Positions 24,901 through 32,998 of a stretch of DNA of 32,998 bases are shown here, piece after piece. Position 1 is the first letter of the stretch. Every line of letters begins with the position of its first letter. The DNA lies in NCBI GenBank assembly GCA_001642005.1, contig LWCA01000302.1, positions 1 through 32,998 on the forward strand, in the 5' to 3' direction. Below the pieces are notes generated by a model, which searched no databases, was not told where the DNA came from, and worked only from the letters and a program-made list of their open reading frames with translations. A program made the translations under genes and the position numbers. Source of the DNA: Intoshia linei. Lineage: Eukaryota > Animalia > Orthonectida.

Positions 24901-27578
24901 TTTGTTGACAATAATGTGCACTATGGGTATTTGGTAGATGATTCTGACTATAGAACACGAAAAGTGATAAGCGATATATACGAAATTAAAAAAAACAGAA
25001 ATATCTGGGAACAAAAATATATTAAACCCAAATTTTTCGACGAAATTAGAGAGGGTACTCCAGTTGTCGAGGTATTTTATTTAATAATCTTAGTTATTAA
25101 GTATTTGTTATAATACTTACTCAAATTTTATAGAGATGTACTGATGTGTTTGAGTTTTCATTGTTCACTGAAACATTTTGTAACGATATTATTCACGTTG
25201 CTAATGCTTATAATGAATGGTCTGGAGCTAAACACCAAGTTAGTTATTGTTAATTAATTATTCATTATTTACATTTACACTTCATATTACATTACGTACT
25301 GTCTTAGATTCAGTATACCTCTCAAATTTCAGTATTTCAGAAAATTATTAGTTATTATATAATTATTATAATAATATTGCTAACCGTTTGGTTAAAAAAT
25401 ATAGTTACTTTTAAAATAATTGTTGTTTTAATCATTCAAAAATTAAGGAAACGCAAATATAATTTTTGTAAAAATTATTATTATGTAATAACATAAATCA
25501 TCGTTTGTTTATTGATTAATTATAATAATAATAATTGTTTACTGATTAATTGGAAGCAATAGCGGTGTATAAATCCAAATCACTGTAATAAAAAAATATA
25601 CAATATTCACGTTAGTAATATCCAATTATCATAACATGTATACTATTAATACACACATTAGTAGAGTTAATAAATCGGAAATAAACCACATTTATGGAGG
25701 AATGGTCATAATAATAAAGTAGAGTAGCATTGTTGCGTTAAACGGTTACGGAATTAAAATAACCTTCATAAAACGACAAATACATACATTTACATTACAC
25801 ATAATGTATATAAGAGAAAAAACGTATCGAGCAAATATACAACGAGATACAATTTTCATTTCATTTGTTATATAGCCAACATACTGCACCAAAAACATAT
25901 AAACTATAAATAAAACAGAAATACATAAATCAAAACATGAAATGTAATCATTCCACTATCGAGACGTGAATATTCATACGGATTTTAATTTATAATATTT
26001 GTTGATATTTCAACAAACTGATATGCTATGAATTATGCAAATATTTCAATATAACATTTAATACATAATAAATAGGATAATCGAATTAAAGGAAGATATG
26101 AAAATGTTCTGACTAACAACGTTAATTTGAATCAATTAGATATGCGAGACCAGTGGAAATTTATATTAATGAACTACATAATAAAGTCTATCAATAAATT
26201 ATATACTGGATACCGATCTAAAGGCACAACTCATATAGTGTTTTTGGCATGATACACAATGGATCTTAACGATCATTACGACCTCATCACGATCATTCTA
26301 CGTATTCAATTATGCTGGACATTCAGGCATTGATTTTGAAGTAATTTACAGTTTTTATAAGTATAGAATGTAATAGTATACTCTACATTTTTCATTTACG
26401 TTTGAAAGAAAAATTTTATTATGAATCAAATATTAAATATTATGAATTAATGAGGGCGGTGGAACACGTTTTATCAGACGAAATTGTACAATATCTGTCA
26501 ATATAATCAGAAATTACATTATTTTCCCAGGACGTTTGACACATTTTCACGAAGGTGTAACAATAAAGTCCGGTATTCGATATATTTTGGTAGCTTTTCT
26601 AGATCCAAAATAAGTTGTAATTATATAACAATTAAATAAATTTTTTCAACTTGTATTTTTATTGTATAAAAGTAACTGTTAGTAATTGGTAAAAGCAGCT
26701 AGCTATGCCGATGATCAAATGTGTTGCCAGTAAAATTAAAAAATTAATTTATTTTTGTAAAATAAATTATTGCAGAGTTGCCAGATGTTGGGATTTTATC
26801 CCAAAGCCTGGACGATCGCTACATTATTATTTTAAAAATCCCACTTGTATCCAACCTTTAATAATGTACAAAATACTATTTCAAGCTCTTTATGTAAACA
26901 GTTTTACATATTATTATTATTGGTGTTTACTAAACACCCTTCTTACGATTTTACAAAAAACCTAGTGAGAAAAACCTTTTAATCCAATTTTAACAACCTT
27001 TAAGTTGGAAGTTAATATTTTATAATTTAATTTAATAATATTTATATATCATATATAATAAAAACTAGGACGATAGATTAGCCGGTGGTTACGAAAATGT
27101 ACCAACAGACGATGTTCACATGATTCAATTTGATTTTGTAGAACAATGGAACGATATTTTGTTTAACTATGTGAAAGTGAGTGCTGAAAAATGTTTTACG
27201 GGATACTCGTCAAAAGCGTATACGGAAATATCATTTGTAGCTCGTTACACTATAGATATTTTGCGAAAATTGAAACCTCATCATGACACTTCTACATATT
27301 CAATTGTGGTTGGATTGAATCGTCCAGGAATTGATTTTGAAGTAAATTTAAATGTTAATTTTAACCATGAAATATAAATATATTTATATTTAATATTTTT
27401 CACATTTTTATTTTAATTTTAGGGTGGCGGAACCAAATTTATCAGGCAGAATTGTACAGTTTCTGTTTCAACCGTAGGAAATTATATTTTATTCCCCGGG
27501 CATTTAACACACTATCATGAAGGCATATCAATAACATCTGGAATTCGATATATCATGGTTGCATTTGTAGACCCATAA
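18972..27578 (+). CDS. PLOD: Procollagen-lysine 2-oxoglutarate 5-dioxygenase / collagen glycosyltransferase (LH3-like), 16 exons: 18972-19115, 19759-19901, 21142-21256, 21843-22022, 22063-22126, 22603-22700, 22761-22865, 23066-23197, 23277-23407, 23562-23663, 23741-23866, 23931-24066, 24889-25071, 25134-25238, 27069-27341, 27423-27578 (730 aa)
   Basis: Signal peptide; GT domain motifs GGGQK, VDAYD, AEMFCWP, FLNSGGFIG, DDDDDQ, HGNG; accessory domain WSTFWG..GFY, GIWNVPY; hydroxylase domain GGYENVPT, PHHD, THYHEG, GIRYIMVAFVDP*. All introns are GT-AG and the spliced length (2193 nt) is in frame. Confidence 0.93.
19957..20170. mobile_element. pogo/Tc1-type MITE in PLOD intron 2
   Basis: TA|CAGTCAATCCTGTTCAATATGAAC at left and GTTTATGTTGAACAGGA at right form an inverted repeat; right tip is degenerate. 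Confidence 0.5.
24240..24862 (-). mobile_element. Helitron copy in PLOD intron 12 with 5' TC at 24862, 26 nt before exon 13
   Basis: A|TCCTTACTTATATAATATG..TTTGTTTTTGTGTGTG on the minus strand; colinear with 1190-1840. Segment 24260-24340 recurs at about 32625-32705. Confidence 0.7.
26076..26613 (+). pseudogene. Degenerate tandem duplicate of the last two PLOD exons (15a 26076-26340, 16a 26455-26613) inside PLOD intron 14
   Basis: TAG acceptor in the same phase as exon 15b; reads DNRIKGRYENV..YTGY..FLA*Y with TGA at 26250-26252; frameshifts around LRPHHD and GIDFE; exon is 265 nt vs 273 nt; same internal intron position; 16a is open (GGGTRF..PGRLTHFHEG..RYILVAFLDPK*) with a weak GAG acceptor; AATAAA at 26635-26640. 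Confidence 0.9.
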
Positions 27579-27591
27579 ATAATGTAATGTT

Positions 27592-27597
27592 AATAAA
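27592..27597 (+). terminator. Probable PLOD polyadenylation signal
   Basis: AATAAA beginning 14 nt after the stop. A similarly placed AATAAA follows the EF-Tu stop (18662-18667) and PLOD copy a (26635-26640). Confidence 0.45.
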
Positions 27598-27762
27598 CAA
27601 GTGCTACATAATATTTATTGTACTATATTGTCTTATACTGATATAATCTTGGAAAATTTAATGAAATTATCCTTGTCAAATTACACTCCTAATTTTAATA
27701 AACTAATAAATTACACAAAAATACAACCATTTCATTAATGATTAAAAGTAAATACATTTATT

Positions 27763-29309
27763 CGCTGCGTTCCAAGTTATTATGCAAACATTAAAAACAT
27801 TAATAATTTAAAAAGTCGTCATTTAATTCTCTTAATTTTTTTATCATATTTATATATTCAACTAATAATACTTTAATGTTCCAAGAAAAATGTAATGTAT
27901 TCTAAAAAAATGAATACACAAAGATTTAAGAAAATTTTGTGATTTTTGGTGTGCCAAATTATTATGCAAATGAATAGTAAACAATAATTTCTTGTTAATA
28001 CGAATAAATAAATTTTTTTAAATATCTAAGTAATATAATCTATTGTATTTTAACTCAAATTCAAGCAAAAAAATGTAATTAAACTTTACATATTAATATA
28101 CCCCCTTTCCGGGATACTACAAGAAAAAGTCAGTTATCTATGGATTTCATGAGGTTTTCAATTGTTTTTGCATTGATTGTTTTGATTTCTTTTAAAATTG
28201 CATTCCATAGATTGATTTTGATTGATATTGTTTATTACCACTGTATATCTTTCTTTTAATTATTGACCATAGATTTTCAATACAATCAAGATTGGGAGAA
28301 TTTGGCACTCAACACATTATTTTTTCTGATACATAGCCATTTGATAAAAAATATTATTTTGTATGATGGGATGCATGACTTAGGCATTATTATGCATAAA
28401 AATATTATTTTTAAAAAAGCTTTTTCCTCTTTTTTTTATCCACGAAAAAACGTTATTTTTTAAAAACGCGCAGTATGTTTCAGATTTAATTTTGACTCCA
28501 TCATTAACTTAAAAGGTCAAATAATAGTGTCTTTCACAATGCCTGCCAAAATTATTATACTCCTATCCCTTGATGCCACCTTAAACGGTTTGGTCGTGAT
28601 CTTTTATTCACTAACCAACCCTTATTTTATGAAACTGGCCCATCTAAAGATATTCATGTTTCATCGGTAAAAATTACATTTGAAAATTTTATCTTCATGT
28701 AACTTTTAGCTCAAGATAGTCGTAATTCCAGGTTTCGTTTGATTAAACCTGGTTTACCTTTAGCATTCCTGATTTTACCAACCGTTTTTAATATTCTGCA
28801 TCTCGTCGTTTTGGGTATATCAGTTAATCCTGATGATTTAAATATCTCTAGAGAAGTGCTAAGAGGGTTTCAAACCATTTCTAGTTTAATATGGGATATA
28901 TCTCTAACAGATAATCCTTTGAATGATCCGTTTGTCTTTCTTTTTCTCTTGTTGGAAGAGTTTTCTATATATCGACGGATTGTGCGATGATCGTGTTCTA
29001 AATTTGAAGCTATTTTATTTATCGATATTCCGTTATCAAAAATTTTCAGGATTTTATCCTTTTCATCAACAATAAGTGATATGGATTTACCCATAATTAT
29101 TCTAAATTTTAATTAGCATAATAATTTGGCACACCAAAAATTACCCAAAAATATAAAATGTTAAATAGGTTTTTTTGGAAACGTGATAAATTTTTTTGTA
29201 ACAATAACGTTTTATATGGTGAATGATTAAATTATGATAAAAAAATTAATAGAATTAAGTGACTACTTTTTAAATTATTAATGTTTGCATAATAACTTGA
29301 AACGCAGTG
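27763..29309 (-). mobile_element. Full-length decayed Tc1-like transposon, DD37E/TRT type, with ~200-bp IR-DR termini (1547 bp)
   Basis: TIRs C(G/A)CTGCGTT(C/T)CAAGTTATTATGCAAAC; TA at right and TT at left; inner repeat GTGCCAAATTATTATGC at about 27950 and (reverse complement) about 29115-29132. Transposase runs 29094 to about 28085: HDHRTIRRY..NPLSTS..TTRCRIL..IFTDET..LDGP..IFMHNNA..SPNLDCIENLW..KGG. 113 nt between the second D-site and E codons fits 37 residues with a 1-nt deletion. Confidence 0.85.
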
Positions 29310-29459
29310 TATTTCAACTAATTATTAATTAATATAAATATTTTAGTAATGCAACGAAACATTTGGATTTTTTTTAACTATCCAATGTATTTAATTTTGC
29401 ATAATAAAATTTTACTATTTTTTAATTTATATTATAATGTCCTATTACTTATTAAATTT

Positions 29460-29530
29460 CAGTATAGTCGATCGCTAGTATTTCAAAAAATATAAAGTCG
29501 ATCTCTAAAAAATCAAGTTGGCCAGCCCTG
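29460..29530 (-). mobile_element. Truncated hAT MITE end 31 nt into the last visible DGK intron
   Basis: Minus strand CAGGGCTGGCCAACTT..GAGATCGAC..GCGATCGAC; no partner end seen. Confidence 0.45.
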
Positions 29531-29561
29531 AATTATACCATTAATCGATTTATAAATTTAC

Positions 29562-30912
29562 CCTTGTAATGGACTTTTTTCAATCATAAATATTTGTCGT
29601 GGGTTTAGTAATTCGATAAATTTTTTATGTAATCTAAAATAATAGCTATTATTCAGTATTTTATTTAGTATTTTAAAAATACTTTTCACCCTGTTGACCA
29701 CCACTTTTTTGGTTAATAAATACTATAACGGGTTCGGAAGTTAATTCATTACTTATTTCCAAGTTAAGTGAGTCGATTTGACATGTTGATTGATGGTTTT
29801 CATTCTAAATATGATTATTAAACATTTCATAAGTTTACCAGATAAGAAGGATAAACATGTGCTGGTGATAATATCATTTCCGACATATCTCCGAGATCAC
29901 ACGTTTCGTGTATCATTTCAGTACAATCAATGTGAATCTATGATAATACAATTTCATCAAATTATAATGTATAAACTTGTCTATTACACCAGCTGCAGGC
30001 GTGACATTTTAGTTGATTTTTTAATCTCTTTCCACATGCATCGCATTTATTTTTATAATGACCTTTAACCCAATGATGCGCCATTGACTATACAATATAA
30101 AATTATTATACAAATTATACAATAGTATGCAATTAACTTTTTTTGTAGCTATTTCCTTGAAATAAGTTATTATACAATTTTTTGCTTCGTTTGATATGCA
30201 CATATCGTGCGACGTGTATTTACAGACTATAGTTTTATATTAATAAGATAATAAAAAATGATTACATTTGCAGACAAAGGCTTGTTTTCTAAAGCCATCA
30301 ATGTATTTTTCACAAACGTGGCAAATTCTATTGTTTTTAATGTGTTCTAATTTCCACACATGTGAACCGTCATCCTTCATATTCTATTATTGAGACATTA
30401 TGTTAATTATTATCACATTTCGATAAAAATACCTCTTCCAAACCCAACAACACTAAAAGTGGGACTGTTTCGGAACCACATTTCATCCATTCGTCAAGTT
30501 TGATCATACCATCATTATTTACATCCATTGATTTTATCATTTTTTTGATTATCTATTATATTAATCACAAAAATAATAATATATTAATTTATTTTTAGTT
30601 AATACTGGTCGAATTTCTTTAACATCCCAACCCAAATAGCGGGCAACAACTATGCATCTATCTATTATGTATTCCACTTCCTAAAAATTAAAAAAAAATA
30701 CAAACGTTTAATATAAATACCTTTGTATCTAAGAAACCATTTGAATCTGAATCGTATAATTCGAATAAAACTAAAAATTATTATAGATATAATTTTCTTA
30801 CATTTCAACTTTTCGTCCTTTTCCCCGTTTTCCATAATAATAAAACAACACACTAAATCTTTAATTTTAATTTTACCAGATTTCAAAATTTCTTCCTTGT
30901 CATTGTCCAGAT
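29562..30912 (-). CDS. DGK: Type I diacylglycerol kinase (DGK alpha/beta/gamma-like), partial: exons 30912-30802, 30770-30721, 30680-30606, 30552-30433, 30383-30266, 30226-30138, 30087-29977, 29937-29839, 29804-29683, 29633-29562 (~322 codons). 5' exons and catalytic core not found.
   Basis: KDLVCCF..E.G..DEKLKF; EF-hands LYDSDSNGFLDTKE and DVNNDGMIKLDEW; VPLLVLLGLE; C1a (DDGSHVWKL..CHVC..CKFCKYTSHDMC..C); C1b (HHWVKG..CDAC..CSWC..HIDC..CDLG); kinase-domain start PVIVFINQKSGGQQG..LLNPRQ. Ten stop-free exons with phase-consistent GT-AG junctions. Confidence 0.88.
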
Positions 30913-32998
30913 CTTAAAATTATATTACACATTTTTAAATAGGTTCAAGATTAATATAAATTTATTATATATATCAATGATAAGATTACATACATACATA
31001 GATTAGATACATGTACCAAATTTGTACGATTATGTTTATATATTATTTATATTATAGATTATAATCCTTTAAAAATTTTCTCAAGTACAGTCCATATTAG
31101 TGATTATTTAGATCCACATGAGAAAAATAGTTTTCAATGTTAAGATGCTTGAAAATGAAATTGAAAATGTTTTTTAGAGGTTTCAATTAAATTCTTGAAA
31201 TTGAAATAAAAACAATGGCATCAACTTATTACCCAAAAAATTTTATAAATAAACTAGCTTGACTTTTATGTATTTCGCAAAAACACTACCTAGCTCTGCA
31301 GTGTGCGGAATTTTCCAAAAAAATAAATTCAATAATAAAATCTTAAAAACATCTTACATTAACCAAAAATGTTATATCCACTATTCCCAACCCCTTCGAG
31401 CAGTGGTTCCCAAACTAGTCTTATCATATACCGGAAATTTCAAATTAAATTAGATTTGAAATGGATTATCCACATTTAATGTCATATTCAACACTATGCG
31501 TGTTATACTTCATATGGAGTACAATATTTCATCGTGTTGAAACTTTTTTTATGTCGTGTTCGTGTTCGCATCGTGTTTACAAAATATAAACATTTTAATT
31601 TTTTTAATCAATTATAAGTATCATAATTTCTCTTTCACTATTTTGAATTTGGCGCGACATGCGAAATTACTGGACTATATTTTATGTAAACTAATCTTTA
31701 TTAACTAATTAAGTCTTAATTTATCAGGTAATCAACTTAATTTAAGATGAACGATGAATATTTATTATTTAATTTAATAATACGATTGCTCGCATGCATA
31801 GCACAATTGCTTGCAAAAATAAGAGATGGTTAAAAGGAAAGGGATAATATTTATTTTACCCTGGTAAACCTTTTTCCTTTTTATTTATTTTTAACGGAGA
31901 AGAGAGAAGAGTAGATTTTGCCTATCGCTGTGGGATAACCTCATAAGAATAATGATAACAAAAAGAAGAAAGGATTAAACAGAAAGGATTGCTTGCTTGC
32001 AACCATAAAAACATTATTGCAACGACGGTATTTTAGCTCGAAAAACTATATATCAAAAATTAAAAAAATCTTTTTTTTCAGACATTTTCAGCCTCGTCCT
32101 ACATCACAATGGCATGTTTGTTCTGGTATAAACAATGAGAAAAATTTTGTTTTAACAAATAAATCATGTAATTAAAAACATAATTATTAATTGATATTGT
32201 TGATTGTAATCAAAGTGGTTATTTTTGTTAGATTAGTTTTTTAATTAACGAAACAATACAGGTATACGATTACGATTAAAATTAATCCAGTTGGTTATAT
32301 GAAATAGTTTTTAAAAAATAATTTTTAAATTAAATTTAGACATTACATTATAAATATTATTATACATATTATATTATTTAAATAGAATTCGACTATAAAT
32401 TTGTTATTTTTTTAATTGTCGATATCATTTAGTTACAAAATTTTTCTGTTTCATATTTTTATATTAAGATTTAATAGTGTTTCGGAAAAAATTATTCGTT
32501 TCGTTCGTACATATCACCTCAACACGATCCGATGTAGAACTCTACTATGTACTACATATTATGTAGTTGTAAAATGTAGAAATGCTACCAATTGCAAATG
32601 TTACCACACGCATAGCGCTAATTTAAACATTTGAAAAATATTGGTTGATAACATATTCAAGGTAAATTTTAACCAATAATACGTAGATTTCTGAGGTTCA
32701 AATATTATATTCATAAATTATAACTCATAATTTAAAGACTGTAAAAACTTCATTTTTCTAAAGTTTCAGTTTTATTTTATTTTAATTTATTATAACCATA
32801 GTTAATAATAAAGTTGTAATTCAAAAAGTAAAAAGTAAATTTGTTGAAATGTTAATTTAATTTTTAATCACGAACATGTCTATTTCAGATTGACACGGAT
32901 AAAAAAATTTGCATAATTTTTCAATTTTCTTATCGAATTATATATATTTAATATATTAGGTCGTTTCATAAGTAATGTCGTTTTTTTAACAAAATTAA

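Noticed and set aside
25790-25980. Minus-strand frame that opens if TGA=Trp (possible NUMT)
   Set aside because: No recognisable mitochondrial protein motif, and short enough to arise by chance.
26250-26252. In-frame TGA in PLOD copy a as selenocysteine, readthrough or an alternative genetic code
   Set aside because: It replaces an Arg codon by one base change and is followed by frameshifts; TGA is the normal stop in SV2, and the four genes translate with the standard code.
3851-30912. SV2, TUFM, PLOD and DGK as a functional cluster or operon
   Set aside because: Unrelated pathways and mixed orientations; only the 320-bp TUFM-PLOD gap is compact, and TUFM has its own AATAAA.
2699-32634. Most short ORF-track entries (e.g. 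2699-2977, 3572-3796, 9490-9714, 10761-10982, 15558-15782, 17904-18125, 26705-26965, 28739-28990, 29790-30068, 31259-31453, 31993-32175, 32416-32634) as genes
   Set aside because: They are antisense shadows of real exons or transposases, or low-complexity AT-rich frames without motifs.
30913-32998. DGK first exons or promoter
   Set aside because: No convincing DGK N-terminal coding match found by eye; the region holds TE fragments (Helitron end at 31254, hAT end near 31401). The start may lie beyond the window.

Overview
Strongly AT-rich, intron-rich animal genomic DNA. The many 31-41 nt introns resemble compact parasitic invertebrates such as orthonectids, but the species cannot be fixed from sequence alone. 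I hand-spliced four genes. (1) An SV2-like MFS transporter (minus, 11 exons, ~809 aa) with a ~157-aa extra luminal insert. (2) Mitochondrial EF-Tu (plus, 6 exons, 462 aa) with an altered aminoacyl pocket and a 33-aa basic C-terminal tail. (3) PLOD/lysyl hydroxylase (plus, 16 exons, 730 aa). Its last two catalytic exons exist twice in tandem: an upstream diverged copy with a stop, frameshifts and its own polyA signal, and an intact downstream copy. (4) A type I diacylglycerol kinase (minus, 10 in-frame exons seen: EF-hands, two C1 domains, start of the kinase domain). Its catalytic core is not found before a DD37E/TRT transposon and the convergent PLOD 3' end. Intergenic DNA and long introns hold decayed DNA transposons: MULE, piggyBac, three Tc1/Tc3-type elements (one with an intron), a multi-copy Lep1-like Helitron, and hAT and pogo-type MITEs. 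Only 2 of 40 inferred splice donors carry the usual +5G. All gene models and residue comparisons are manual and from memory of the families; no searches were run.
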